From an uncultured archaeon (GTDB lineage Archaea; Asgardarchaeota; Thorarchaeia; Thorarchaeales; Thorarchaeaceae), in NCBI GenBank assembly GCA_964631415.1, contig CAZVZC010000007.1, forward strand, positions 1 through 60,232: 60,232 nucleotides of DNA. The letters are read 5' to 3'. Below, one piece after another: positions 20,246-30,719 of the stretch; positions within the stretch are counted from its first letter, which is position 1, and each line of letters begins with the position of its first letter. The position numbers and the translations under genes are program-made. A model generated the notes under the pieces. That model did no database searches, was not told the DNA's origin, and saw nothing but the letters and a program-made list of their open reading frames with translations.

Positions 20246-20911
20246 GTGGCTGATTCCGTCATCAGATATGTAACGAGAGATGGCGCTGATACTAGCTCAA
20301 GTTTCAGTCCTGACACCAGGGTCATCGATCTGTCGTCCAAGCGAATCGTTTCAGTGGACCTCTCACCAGTAGGACGCTTGGGCAGCCTCCAGACTCTTGA
20401 CCTGTCTCACAACTTGTTGGAAGAGATTGATCTATGGCCACTCCTGACATGCAAGGAGCTTCGCAGACTGTCACTGATTGTGAATCCGCTGCGCAGCATC
20501 GATGCCTCACCTCTATTCTTCTGCCCTAATCTCACTAACTTCGATGTAGATACAGTGGTCGTTGTTGTCGCAGATCAGGAGCTCGGGGCAAGAAGGAATA
20601 GGCCAAGGCCACTTGATGAGATGCGTCTGCAGCGCAGACTGAGATGGCTGATTAGCCACGAGGACATGGATCCTCTTCTGGTCATTGAGAAAATCAAGAA
20701 CGCCCTGTTTGTCGAACTACTGGAGAGCCACAAGGGTCCCGAAAGAATCCAGCTAATACAGGACTCTCTGACAAAAGAGATGAGCCAGTACGTGGAGAGG
20801 ACTCTCGTCGATGAGATGGCCGAGGCCAAACAGGCAGGTCAGTACAAGAGACTGTATGTTCTTCAGAGGGGACTGGAGCTCATCAGAGGCGAAACCCGGC
20901 TATACTCGTAG
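20246..20911 (+). CDS. Leucine-rich repeat protein with helical C-terminal domain
   Basis: LQTLDLSHNLLEEIDLWPL-type repeats; SD GGGAGG before GTG 20246. Confidence 0.8.
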   Translation: MADSVIRYVTRDGADTSSSFSPDTRVIDLSSKRIVSVDLSPVGRLGSLQTLDLSHNLLEEIDLWPLLTCKELRRLSLIVNPLRSIDASPLFFCPNLTNFDVDTVVVVVADQELGARRNRPRPLDEMRLQRRLRWLISHEDMDPLLVIEKIKNALFVELLESHKGPERIQLIQDSLTKEMSQYVERTLVDEMAEAKQAGQYKRLYVLQRGLELIRGETRLYS

Positions 20912-20942
20912 GTTTCGATGCCCAGATGCAGAGTAGAGTCGC

Positions 20943-21845
20943 TCAGCTCAGACCTGCCTCACTTAGGAGATAGTCCAAAACGCTTCGCCAGATTGTTCCA
21001 TCACTGCGCAGCTTGTTCTCAAAGTTACTGACATTGATATACTTCTGGAGAGCGTCTGCGGCCTCGGGCGGGAACCCCGCCTTCTCGACGGCAGTCAAGT
21101 AGCCCAGAGTGATCAGAGCTTGCTGGACCTTCTGAGCCACATCACCCTCAAGTCGGACGAGTCTGCTCGGGGGTTCTCTGCTGAGTAAGCATAGTTCGTA
21201 CACCTTGAAGATGCGTTCCAGCTCCTCGATGGGACGTGGATGGTCATCGACTCGAACATCGACATACCTGTCATTTCCTCCGCCATATCCACCTTTGTTT
21301 CTGACAACTAGTATGGCAGCAGACTGCATTCCTCGCCTGTCGCCACCCTCAGCTTGTCCGGCCTTCAGACCTGCAAACAGTCTGTCTATGAGATCACCCT
21401 CGGTCTGTTTGAAGGTTTCAGCCATGCTTGTGACAACAGATTCACCTGCCAGGATGTTTCCCTGACAGCTGTAGCCCTTGCCAACCACCTGCCCCGCCCA
21501 CTCCATACACTTACTGCCCGTGTGTGCAGCAGCATGGCTCATGGAGTCTACAATGCCGACTTGGCGATGCTCTGCCATTTTGTCGAACTTGAGAAGACCC
21601 TTGAGTGTCTGTGCCGCTGTTAGGCCCTTCTTCATCAAAGCAAGACCTCTGTGACCATATGACGAGTTGGCCCAGGCCTGACTGGCAATTGCACCAACCC
21701 CAGCAGCTGCCCAAGGCACAATGGCCCCAACTGCTGGGAACTTGGACTGGACTATGACACCTAGGTCACCGTTATCTGAGTCTCTAGCGACTATCGAGAA
21801 TGTGGACGGACGAACGGGGTCAACGTCATTGACTGGACTGCTCAT
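20943..21845 (-). CDS. DUF1028 Ntn-hydrolase-like protein with a C-terminal peptidoglycan-binding-like domain
   Basis: TFSIVARD, GAIASQA, RQVGIVD, QGNIL, GGDRRGMQSAA, RVDDHPRPIEEL. Confidence 0.88.
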   Translation of the reverse strand: MSSPVNDVDPVRPSTFSIVARDSDNGDLGVIVQSKFPAVGAIVPWAAAGVGAIASQAWANSSYGHRGLALMKKGLTAAQTLKGLLKFDKMAEHRQVGIVDSMSHAAAHTGSKCMEWAGQVVGKGYSCQGNILAGESVVTSMAETFKQTEGDLIDRLFAGLKAGQAEGGDRRGMQSAAILVVRNKGGYGGGNDRYVDVRVDDHPRPIEELERIFKVYELCLLSREPPSRLVRLEGDVAQKVQQALITLGYLTAVEKAGFPPEAADALQKYINVSNFENKLRSDGTIWRSVLDYLLSEAGLS

Positions 21846-22043
21846 TCTATTTCTCATACGGTCCTTCCCCTTTTCTCGGATTATCTGGCTCTCAGGTACG
21901 TGGATGTAGATGATATCATTTTTCCCCTTAGAGCATAGAACCAATGGGGAGTCCTTAAGTGCTGGTTCTTGGAGAAGTAGGCTGCTCTTCATGAGCCAGC
22001 AGACTGCTCGTCAGAACGAAAGTCTTGGGCAGAGGGTTCCTGT

Positions 22044-22523
22044 ATGACAGAGGTCTTCATCAGGTATACGAATACTGTCGGCATCGAGGAATGTGAAGTC
22101 TTCAAGACCGATGAAACCAAGGTCAGCTTGGACCTGCGCGATGCCGCTTCGATTGATTTGCTTCCTCTGATATGGTGCTCAGACCTAGAGTACCTAAACC
22201 TGCGGTATAACCGTCTGTCAGAGATAGACCTCACGCCACTGGCCAAATGCACTCGCCTGAAGGGGTTGAAACTCAACCACAATCTTCTCGAACAAATCGA
22301 CTTGACCCCCGTGAGCGAGTGTCGCGATCTACAGGAGATTGTGCTCAAGAACAACCTGCTCAAGCGGGTCGATGTTTCTCCTCTCTTTCACTGCCCTCAG
22401 CTTCAGGACTTGCAGATCGATTCCGACGTTTCACTGACAGCGGACCTGATGCTAAGGTCAATTGGGAACTGGCCAGAGGTCTTGGTAGATCGCTACCATA
22501 CGATTCTGTGGAAGGGACGCTAG
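22044..22523 (+). CDS. Leucine-rich repeat protein
   Basis: LEYLNLRYNRLSEIDLTPL, LKGLKLNHNLLEQIDLTPV. Confidence 0.88.
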   Translation: MTEVFIRYTNTVGIEECEVFKTDETKVSLDLRDAASIDLLPLIWCSDLEYLNLRYNRLSEIDLTPLAKCTRLKGLKLNHNLLEQIDLTPVSECRDLQEIVLKNNLLKRVDVSPLFHCPQLQDLQIDSDVSLTADLMLRSIGNWPEVLVDRYHTILWKGR

Positions 22524-22692
22524 GACCGGCGACCGTAACTTCAGCTGGTTCATGGTCATGTCAAGCCGCGATTGCAGATCTTGGACGTAGCATCAGGCCG
22601 CGCCCCTAACTGAAACCGAGATAGATCCTGCGAATGCTTCAAAGGCGGTTCAGAATTCATGGAAACATGCCAACTGGTGGTGGCAGAACGCA

Positions 22693-23523
22693 ATGGAAAC
22701 GGGTTTGAAGAACAAGCATGTGCTAATTACAGGAGCAAGCGGAGGAATTGGCATTGAACTCGCCAAACTGTTTCTGAGCGAAGGCTCACGGGTGACCGCT
22801 GTATATCATCGCTCAACCACGGAGCTGAAGCGCGTCATACATGACTGGCCCCGACAAGCGATAATGGTTGGAGCTGACATCCGCAATGAGGCCGAGGTCA
22901 AGTCACTCTTTGAACAAGCCAATACGGCCTTCGGCAGGGTCGACGTTCTCGTCGCGAACGCAGGCATAGCAAACCCGGAAAAGGCGCCCATTCATCAGAT
23001 GGACCTCAAGCAATGGGAAAACACTCTTGCCGTCAATCTCACAGGTACCTTTCTATCTGCCAAGTACTTCTTCCAGAACCTTGAGCGCTTCAGGAGTGAG
23101 TGTGCATCCCTGATTCTTGTAGGTTCGACTGCGGGACTTTTCGGAGAAGCATGGTTCTGTGACTACTCAACTTCCAAGGCTGCAATGTATGGGCTGCTGA
23201 TGAGTCTAAAGAACGAGATAGTGCATCTCGCGCCGAAGGGGCGAGTGAATCTTATCAATCCGGGATGGACGTTGACACCCATGTCTGAGGATACCCTGAA
23301 GGACAGCAAGAAAGTCAAGAGGATACTTCAGACGATTCCAATGCGAAAGACAGCAGTGCCTGCGGACATCGCCAACGCCATCCTATTCCTGTCTTCTGAC
23401 ATTCTATCAGGACACATCAGTGGTCAAGCTATTACCATCGCGGGCGGAATGGAAGGAAGGGTTCTCTTCGCGCCTGAAGAGATTCACCTGAAGGGAGATA
23501 GTGGAGATAGCGACAAAACATGA
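22693..23523 (+). CDS. SDR oxidoreductase (FabG-like)
   Basis: TGASGGIG, ANAG, YSTSK, INPG. Confidence 0.92.
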   Translation: METGLKNKHVLITGASGGIGIELAKLFLSEGSRVTAVYHRSTTELKRVIHDWPRQAIMVGADIRNEAEVKSLFEQANTAFGRVDVLVANAGIANPEKAPIHQMDLKQWENTLAVNLTGTFLSAKYFFQNLERFRSECASLILVGSTAGLFGEAWFCDYSTSKAAMYGLLMSLKNEIVHLAPKGRVNLINPGWTLTPMSEDTLKDSKKVKRILQTIPMRKTAVPADIANAILFLSSDILSGHISGQAITIAGGMEGRVLFAPEEIHLKGDSGDSDKT

Positions 23524-24281
23524 GCTCATTCGACGAGGTTTCCATCGCATACGACAGCTCAGTCGACTGGGCAGCCCGTCTGAACAAGGAAATGCCATTC
23601 CTGCTGAAATGCCTGCCAGTGTCAAAACGCCCCCGGGTACTAGACATGGCGTGTGGTAGTGGAAGACACGCGGTAGCTCTGGCACAAAAGGGAGCAGACG
23701 TGATAGGCCTTGACAGCAGTATAAGCATGATCAGTGCAGCTCGATCTCTCGCAGAGAAGGAAGGGGTCAATGCAGAGTTTCTGGTGGCAGACATGCGGGA
23801 TGTTGAGAAGGCGGTGAAACACAAGCTCGACTTGGTCATCTGCTTGGGCAACTCACTTGCATTACTACCAACCTTTGAGGATGTTCGACAAGTAATCGCG
23901 TCGGTCTACCTCAAGCTTGCTCCAGCAGGAAGCTTCGTTTTTCAAGTGCTCAACTTCGAGGAGATTCGTAAGTCGGGTTTCAGATTCTTCCCGACTAAGG
24001 CAGGAACAATGCCCAATGGAGAAGAAACCGTCTTCACAAGATTCTTCGAACACTCGGCCGACGGGACGGCGTCCTCGCTTGTGATTTCTGCCTTCACAAA
24101 GATCGGGACTCAGTGGTCAGCGGCAACCTCTACGCAGAGAGTCCTGAACCTCAATCCTGAGGCAATCAAGAGTGCGGTCCTCGCGGCCAGATTCCGTTCT
24201 GTAGACTTCTTCTCCGACTACCAAGAGTCCCCCTTCGAGAAACTGACGGCCAGGGACCTAGTCGTGCGCGCCCGGCAGTGA
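23520..24281 (+). CDS. Class I SAM-dependent methyltransferase (glycine/sarcosine N-methyltransferase-like)
   Basis: VLDMACGSG, ADMR, CLGNSL. Confidence 0.88.
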   Translation: MSSFDEVSIAYDSSVDWAARLNKEMPFLLKCLPVSKRPRVLDMACGSGRHAVALAQKGADVIGLDSSISMISAARSLAEKEGVNAEFLVADMRDVEKAVKHKLDLVICLGNSLALLPTFEDVRQVIASVYLKLAPAGSFVFQVLNFEEIRKSGFRFFPTKAGTMPNGEETVFTRFFEHSADGTASSLVISAFTKIGTQWSAATSTQRVLNLNPEAIKSAVLAARFRSVDFFSDYQESPFEKLTARDLVVRARQ

Positions 24282-24351
24282 CGTTGGCATATCCCAACCA
24301 GTAGAGTATCTCTGGCCGCTCTTAGACGTTTGGTGGCGAATTCGCCATCCT

Positions 24352-26016
24352 TCACGTTTGAGGCTTCGACAGACTTCTAATCCCAAGACGCATCATCAGA
24401 AGACCGACGAAGAACACGATTGTAGGACTGCCGACCATCATGAGTGCTTCTAGCCCGACGTACTGGAACAGGTCAATGCCTGCCACTGAGCAGATTATGT
24501 CTAGGAACAAAGGTGCCATGATACTGAGCATCACCAACATCGTTGTGACCATCATGACTGCCTGGTGAGCAGATGATTTGGTATCTTCATAGTTCGGGTT
24601 TCGTGCTGTGACACCAATGCTCACCATCACCGCTCCGGATACAATTGCCCATGCAAAGATGAGTAGCTGAATCGACTCCGTTACAGTCAGTCCGAAGATG
24701 TATACAACCGCAGTCAGAGGAACAATGACTGTAGGCAGTGCAATCAGCAGAGCTGACGCCAGTCGCGCCATCATGAAATGCGACGCGCCCTTTGCCGCAC
24801 TCTGAATCATCCATAGCTGGTCCTTGCTCTCTAAGAAGCCGGTCCCGGCGAAGGGAATGACACCAAGAATCGCGATCATCATGCCAAACTCGGCCAGGAT
24901 TCCGAAGAATTCGAGAGTTGAGCCCTCCACTTCCATCACCTGTCGCATCAGTAACGGCATTACCAGAGCCAGCACTGATCCGTAGAATACCTTGGACAGG
25001 TTCTGAGCTTTCCTCCCGAAGTCTTTGAGACTCACAACGATGAGAGTTCCCGAAGGTCCACTGATCATGGCACGAATGCCACGTAGCAACAGGTTCTCAC
25101 GTCCCACTGTTGTGACCTTCTCGGTACGAGCTCCAACGTTTATAGTGAACACACGATCCGCCAATGTCAGTCCAACAATGAGAATCAGAACCCCAAAGGC
25201 ACCCATCAACAAGGCGTTCGTCAGCATGTTGAGCTGAAGCACACCCGTGAGAGCCGCTATCTGCAACTCAGTCAGCCCAATGCCATTGAAGATGATCGTG
25301 AGCCAACTGATCAAGTCTGCCGTCCAAGTAAAAGGCATCAACAGGAACAGATTCATGCCAAGAATCTGAGATAGAGTCTGCATGAAGAACATCATCCCGT
25401 ACATCGGTATGATGACAACCATGGCGATTATGAGGGAGAGAGCCTTAGCAATGTCGTTCCCCCGTGAGGAGTCACCAAGCCGGGCTTGGACGAGAGACGT
25501 GATGAAGTTTGACAACCAGATAGTCGTGATTGTCAGGAGTGCTATCACTGCATAGACTAATACTTGACCAGCAAGAGTCACCTCGAATGCCATCATGAAG
25601 GGTGAAATCAGTAGTGGAGCCAATATGAGAACCAATAGTCCATACAGTGGCATCTTGCCTAGGAAAGTCCCTGTCATTATGTCTCTCGTCTTTACCTTGT
25701 GTGAGAGGAATAGCTCCCACTGACCAATCTTAATCTCTTGCAGGGCTGATGATAGCGGGAAGAGTAGGAGCATGGTCCACAGGAGCATCATGGCAGCACG
25801 CATCACTCCTGGGAATATCATCAACAGTAGAAACCGAAGTTGCGACATTGGGATGAGGGCACCAAGGGCAGCACCAATGACAGCCGGTGCAACCTCTACT
25901 GCCCACAAGGTCGCAAGCAGGAACAGAGTTGCCGCCAGCGGAGTCCTGTGTTTCCTCATTCCGCTTGTCAGTACGAAGTACTCGGCCTTCGCAATGTGGT
26001 ACCATGTGTGGACCAC
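24352..26016 (-). CDS. ABC exporter permease (duplicated ABC-2-like membrane domain)
   Basis: Many TM segments; immediately downstream of the ABC ATPase; SD GGAGGTGA before GTG 26016. Confidence 0.8.
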   Translation of the reverse strand: MVHTWYHIAKAEYFVLTSGMRKHRTPLAATLFLLATLWAVEVAPAVIGAALGALIPMSQLRFLLLMIFPGVMRAAMMLLWTMLLLFPLSSALQEIKIGQWELFLSHKVKTRDIMTGTFLGKMPLYGLLVLILAPLLISPFMMAFEVTLAGQVLVYAVIALLTITTIWLSNFITSLVQARLGDSSRGNDIAKALSLIIAMVVIIPMYGMMFFMQTLSQILGMNLFLLMPFTWTADLISWLTIIFNGIGLTELQIAALTGVLQLNMLTNALLMGAFGVLILIVGLTLADRVFTINVGARTEKVTTVGRENLLLRGIRAMISGPSGTLIVVSLKDFGRKAQNLSKVFYGSVLALVMPLLMRQVMEVEGSTLEFFGILAEFGMMIAILGVIPFAGTGFLESKDQLWMIQSAAKGASHFMMARLASALLIALPTVIVPLTAVVYIFGLTVTESIQLLIFAWAIVSGAVMVSIGVTARNPNYEDTKSSAHQAVMMVTTMLVMLSIMAPLFLDIICSVAGIDLFQYVGLEALMMVGSPTIVFFVGLLMMRLGIRSLSKPQT

Positions 26017-26020
26017 AGTT

Positions 26021-26803
26021 TCACCTCCAAGAGAGAAGTGACTCACGATCAACTTTGCCGCCTACGATCTTCAGGTATGCATCCTCAAGGTCGTGTGCTC
26101 CTGATGACTCCACAATTGCGTGAGGAGGACCTGTGGTCACAAGCTGGCCTTGATTGAGTATTCCAACCATGTCACACACCTCCTCTGCAAATGAGGTCTG
26201 GTGTGTGCAGATGAAGAAGGTCGTGTTTGTTTCCTCTGCCAGTACCAGGATGATGTCCTTGACTAGAACAGCAGCGCTCGGGTCCAGACGGGAAGTCGGC
26301 TCGTCAAGGAAGACAAGCTTTGGCTCGTGCAGCAGTGTTGATGCGATCAGTACTTTCTGCTTCATTCCTGATGAGTAGGACTCAAGCAGGTCATCCCGTC
26401 TGCCTTCAAGCCCGAGCATCGAGAGGAGCTTCTCGATTCGTCGGTCCAAGACTGCGCCAGTCATGCCCTTCAGAGCCCCTATGAATTCTAAGAACTCAAC
26501 TGCAGAGAGTTTGGAGTATAGGCCCGGGCTCTCGGGGAGCAGGCCTGTCACGGACTTGATGTCATCCCTCTGCCTCTCGATGTCAAAGCCAATTACGGTT
26601 GCAGAACCACTTGTCGGTTTCATCAGTCCGGACAGCATGCGGACAGTCGTTGTCTTCCCTGCACCGTTAGGACCTAGAAAGCCGAAGCGGCTTCCTGACG
26701 ACACCTCAAGGTCCAGATCCCTCACTGCTTGGACTGTGCCGAAGGTCTTGTTCAGTTTTTCAGTTCGAATGCAGATTCCGTTGTTTTTCATATTGTAGAT
26801 CAC
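26021..26803 (-). CDS. ABC transporter ATP-binding protein
   Basis: GPNGAGKTT, YSSGM, LDEPT, H-loop. Confidence 0.95.
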   Translation of the reverse strand: MIYNMKNNGICIRTEKLNKTFGTVQAVRDLDLEVSSGSRFGFLGPNGAGKTTTVRMLSGLMKPTSGSATVIGFDIERQRDDIKSVTGLLPESPGLYSKLSAVEFLEFIGALKGMTGAVLDRRIEKLLSMLGLEGRRDDLLESYSSGMKQKVLIASTLLHEPKLVFLDEPTSRLDPSAAVLVKDIILVLAEETNTTFFICTHQTSFAEEVCDMVGILNQGQLVTTGPPHAIVESSGAHDLEDAYLKIVGGKVDRESLLSWR

Positions 26804-26805
26804 CG

Positions 26806-26857
26806 GGTAAATGTTTACCGAATCTTGGTATCACACACCGCGAAGTTTATATATAAA
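26806..26857. promoter_or_regulatory. Divergent promoter with palindromic TATA and candidate operator
   Basis: GGTAAA-TG-TTTACC (26806-26819); TTTATATATAAA near 26846-26857. Confidence 0.5.
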
Positions 26858-26898
26858 TCTTTACATCTGCGTGGTCAAGAATTACCATCTCTCTGTAG

Positions 26899-27441
26899 AT
26901 GAACGAGGACTGCGAGGATAACAGAGTGGGACTACTCTCGGCTCATGAGGAAATCGTCTGGCGCAAGTTTCAGAAGGGGAAAAGCACTAGCGAGATAGCC
27001 GAGGATAGTGGAGAGGAGAAGTGGAGTCCGGCCTATGTGTCTAGGGTGTTAAACCGAGCCAGAGAGAAAATCGCAAAGACCCTCAAGGACCATGCGAACA
27101 GCCATCGTTTGGATATCGAGAGCCTCCTTGACTACAAGGGCCTCCTGATCGGCTTCGACTATCAGGCGAATGCACAGGTCTACATTGTCTTTACCGAGAA
27201 GTTCGGAATAATAGTATGGTATAGACATGACTCTTACGCTGGAAAGCTATGTCCTGAGTGTCCGAAGGAGCCCGAGTGCAGAGAGACTCTAGACGCCATC
27301 ATGCAGGAATACGACATAACGCTCAGGCCTGACGAGGAGGCATTACCCATGACATTGCAGTCTGTCGCCATTTTCAACAAACTAGCAGCAAAGGAAGTAC
27401 CGCGTTACAGGAGAAAGACTGAGTCAGGTGAGCAGGAATGA
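26899..27441 (+). CDS. HTH regulator with C-terminal Cys cluster
   Basis: STSEIAE...SPAYVSRVLNRAREKI; CPECPKEPEC. Confidence 0.75.
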   Translation: MNEDCEDNRVGLLSAHEEIVWRKFQKGKSTSEIAEDSGEEKWSPAYVSRVLNRAREKIAKTLKDHANSHRLDIESLLDYKGLLIGFDYQANAQVYIVFTEKFGIIVWYRHDSYAGKLCPECPKEPECRETLDAIMQEYDITLRPDEEALPMTLQSVAIFNKLAAKEVPRYRRKTESGEQE

Positions 27442-28211
27442 GCAGCGAAACAGGTGTGACGGTGATTAGGCCGCCTTTCGAAGTGGTGACGAGCGGCAAA
27501 GTATTCAGGCCATCGAGGCGGCTAAGGAACAAGTACTGGTTTGCTGTAGCTTTCACTGCAGTGACAATATGGGCGATCACGATTCTCATGTTCTATGGAA
27601 TTGCATATCTTTTCCAATCTGTTGGTATGCCGGATCTGTGGAACCTGCTTGAGCAGCAGCGGGTCCAGATGAACTGGTGGATTTGGGTCATCAATGCCTG
27701 TTGGTCCATTCCAACCGCGGCATTAGTTCAGGTCTACGTGAACTCAATTGAGTACTCGGTGTTGGGACAGTCGGGCGAGAGTCTCCCTGAGATATATGTC
27801 AAGAAAGGCATCATAAGCATCACGAAGAAACATGTGCCCCTGAGAACTATCACAAACATCGCAAGCACGGCAGGACCATTCGATAGGCTCTTTCGGATAG
27901 GCAATATCGAGATTGAAACCGCAGGCGCCTCAGTGGGGGCAGCAGGAGCTTCAGAACCTGAAGAGAAGATTGAGGGCGTGGTCTTCTATGAAGAGCTGAG
28001 AGACTACATACTAAGGGAACTCAGAAAGCTTGGCGCGCCATATGTCACGGGCACAGAGGTCGTGCAACCAACGAAGACCGGGTACACTCGAGAGAGGTCT
28101 GTAGCCCTACCTGAAAACGCCACCACTGATGAGATACTGATTACTCTCCGCGAGATGAGGGACATTCTCCAGAGAATGGACGAGAAACTCGACAGGAGGG
28201 GGGGTAGATAG
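27438..28211 (+). CDS. Two-TM membrane protein with bacterial PH (bPH_2, YdbS-like) domain
   Basis: KKGIISITKKHVPLRTITNI...GPFDRLFRIGNIEIETAG. Confidence 0.85.
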   Translation: MSSETGVTVIRPPFEVVTSGKVFRPSRRLRNKYWFAVAFTAVTIWAITILMFYGIAYLFQSVGMPDLWNLLEQQRVQMNWWIWVINACWSIPTAALVQVYVNSIEYSVLGQSGESLPEIYVKKGIISITKKHVPLRTITNIASTAGPFDRLFRIGNIEIETAGASVGAAGASEPEEKIEGVVFYEELRDYILRELRKLGAPYVTGTEVVQPTKTGYTRERSVALPENATTDEILITLREMRDILQRMDEKLDRRGGR

Positions 28212-28213
28212 AA

Positions 28214-28966
28214 ATGACACACGAAGAGGAAACGAAGGTGATTAGGCCACCTGCTGAGAAAATGTTCAGTGGGAAGATCTTTCGACCTTCAAAGAAGTTC
28301 AGAAACAAATGCTGGATGTTTGAGGTTTCGGTTGCGGTCGCACTCTGGGCGTCCTTCATTCTGATGGTCCTAGGGGTAGTATACTTGGTGTCGACAGGTG
28401 AAGACCCCGAAGTGACTAATTATGGGCTGTGGGTCAGTCAGTGGTCGGTACTCATGAACGTCGGTACGTGGATCTTCAACCTGATATGGCTGATTCCTGC
28501 ACTCGTGCTGACACCGATTTACATCAACTCAATAGAGTACTCGGTCATCTCAGAGTCAGGCGAAACGATGCCTGAGGTATACGTGAAACAAGGCATAGTG
28601 AATGTGACGAGGAAGCATGTTCCCTTCAGGACCATCACGAACATCTCAAGCAGGGCTGGAGTATTCGACAGACTCTTTGGCATAGGTACGGTCGAGATTG
28701 AAACGGCGGGCTTCTCTGGACCCAGGCAGCAAGGGCCCGAACAGAAGCTCGAGGGAATAGTGTTCTACGAGGAGGTCAGGGACTTCATTCTGAGAGAGCT
28801 GAGGAAGTTCCGAGAGCCCTACACGCTCGGGACTGAGGTGGTTCTTCCTCATGAGGAACCCGTCCCAAGGATGGAAGACACCCTTGATGATGAGATGCTG
28901 CTGACTCTGCGAGAGATTCGAGATCTTCTGAGAGACCTCAAGGGCAAGGGCACGAGAGGTCCGTGA
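28214..28966 (+). CDS. bPH_2 membrane protein, tandem paralogue
   Basis: KQGIVNVTRKHVPFRTITNI...GVFDRLFGIGTVEIETAG. Confidence 0.85.
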   Translation: MTHEEETKVIRPPAEKMFSGKIFRPSKKFRNKCWMFEVSVAVALWASFILMVLGVVYLVSTGEDPEVTNYGLWVSQWSVLMNVGTWIFNLIWLIPALVLTPIYINSIEYSVISESGETMPEVYVKQGIVNVTRKHVPFRTITNISSRAGVFDRLFGIGTVEIETAGFSGPRQQGPEQKLEGIVFYEEVRDFILRELRKFREPYTLGTEVVLPHEEPVPRMEDTLDDEMLLTLREIRDLLRDLKGKGTRGP

Positions 28967-29076
28967 ATGCGAGCCCATGAGAAACTCTAACTTCATCTAG
29001 GGCATGACCCCAAGGGAGCCACACGTCCCCATGGACGGCAGACGACTCTCAGAAGCAACATTGGCCCGGCGATCGC

Positions 29077-29832
29077 ATGGTCAACGTACAACCTCAGCTC
29101 ACGATTCACTGGAGAGGACACATCCCACTTGAGCACGTGTCTTGGAAACGTCACACCGGCAGAGAGGTTGTGCTCAAGCCCGAACTAGAAGCGAAGAGAA
29201 ACCGGGTCTGGAAGAAAACCGTCCGGCAGCATCCTAGTGTCTACGATGGGTTGCTGTTGGTCTTGGAGAGGCTGCAAGCCTCGTCAACCGGAGTACATCT
29301 TGACCTGAACACAGTCAGGTTCTCGAGAGTCGTGACTTTGGACAGTCTTGGGTTGGGTCTGGTAGGCTACGGCTGCCTTGGTTGCCAAATGATCATTCTT
29401 ACGCCTGATCGCCAGAGCATCTTGATTGGAGAACGGGCGCGCGTTTCAATACACTGTCCCCTTTTTCTCTCAGTGCCGGGCGGAATGCTTGAATCAGGGG
29501 ATGCCGAGGGTTCAGTGGAGAAGGCCTGCATGAGAGAGCTTAACGAAGAGGCTCTAGTTGACGTAGGACCGGAGAAGCATCTGTTAGCTATCGTGGGAGA
29601 ACTGCATGGCAAGCTAGGTGCCATCATGTTGGTTGAAATGGTCGCACAAGAAACACCGATCCCCGGGGCACTGGTGTCAGGGAATGAAGAGTGGACCAGC
29701 AGTCAATTGCGCTGGTATTCGGTCGACGAATTGGACAGGCTAGACCTGTCACGAACGCTTGAGGGCGTGGCTTTTGTAGCTGAAGAATGGCGCATTCACC
29801 ATGAAAGCCGCAGGAGTGTTATCTGGCCGTAG
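29077..29832 (+). CDS. NUDIX hydrolase
   Basis: PGGMLE...ACMRELNEE Nudix box. Confidence 0.8.
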   Translation: MVNVQPQLTIHWRGHIPLEHVSWKRHTGREVVLKPELEAKRNRVWKKTVRQHPSVYDGLLLVLERLQASSTGVHLDLNTVRFSRVVTLDSLGLGLVGYGCLGCQMIILTPDRQSILIGERARVSIHCPLFLSVPGGMLESGDAEGSVEKACMRELNEEALVDVGPEKHLLAIVGELHGKLGAIMLVEMVAQETPIPGALVSGNEEWTSSQLRWYSVDELDRLDLSRTLEGVAFVAEEWRIHHESRRSVIWP

Positions 29833-29909
29833 TGCGCTCTGGCTTCAGCTGGCTACAGCATGACATGTGTCCTGTATGGTAAATGGAGGAAACGCTGTTC
29901 GAAAGCCTA

Positions 29910-30551
29910 TCACAAGAAGATCGCTCTGCTCACATCCACACTAGCAGGTCTGCTGAATGTGTAGGAGGGGTGAATGACCTCAGTGACCACGACGCCCCAT
30001 TCGCCAGGATATGCATCACTGACTCTGAAGGACGCAATACCATTGTCGTCCGTGGACTCTGAGAGCCTGGATAGCCCACCATCAGGACTAATGACAATCA
30101 AGCTCACCTTTGCGCGAGTCACGGGCCCCGCTCCTTGAGTTACTACTCGGACCGCTAATGAGATGTTACGACGACCTCCGAGGTAGCCTTTGAATAGATC
30201 GATTGATTCAACCCGCATTTGGCCGCCAAGTGCATTGTTCCTGCGAACGATCGCTGGAGTAGCAATGCTCGGACGACATTCATAGCCCTTCGACAGAACA
30301 GATGACGTAGAGGACGGAGAGGATGCAGACAGGCCGCTCTCATACCCCAGACCGCGAAGCGAAGAGTCGGGGGACAGGCGGGCCAGTGGTTTTTCCCCTT
30401 GTATGACTGGCAGCTTGCAGGGACCGACTTCTTCGGGAGCTTGACCCGTGGTGGATGTTCGGGGCACAGCTGTTCTCTGTTCGTCAGAGGATGATGCTGA
30501 ATGCCTTTTCAAAGGGGCGTTGTCGTTCAGCCGCAATATCTCATCACCCAA
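29910..30551 (-). CDS. Hypothetical protein, disordered N-terminus plus Ig-like/carboxypeptidase-regulatory-like beta domain
   Basis: PVTRAKVSL...TDDNGIASF...GEW. Confidence 0.55.
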   Translation of the reverse strand: MGDEILRLNDNAPLKRHSASSSDEQRTAVPRTSTTGQAPEEVGPCKLPVIQGEKPLARLSPDSSLRGLGYESGLSASSPSSTSSVLSKGYECRPSIATPAIVRRNNALGGQMRVESIDLFKGYLGGRRNISLAVRVVTQGAGPVTRAKVSLIVISPDGGLSRLSESTDDNGIASFRVSDAYPGEWGVVVTEVIHPSYTFSRPASVDVSRAIFL

Positions 30552-30719
30552 TGTGTCCTCAAGCCCAAACGAATGTGATACAGTCGTAACGTATCCTTAT
30601 ATAAGCCTTCACTTTACTCCCATCACATTTGAATCCTCTGAAACTGCTTGCCTCACCGTCGTGATAAGAAAGCCAAAGAAGCCTTAAATGGATTCTTTTT
30701 TCTATCGGCGAAGGTTGCT

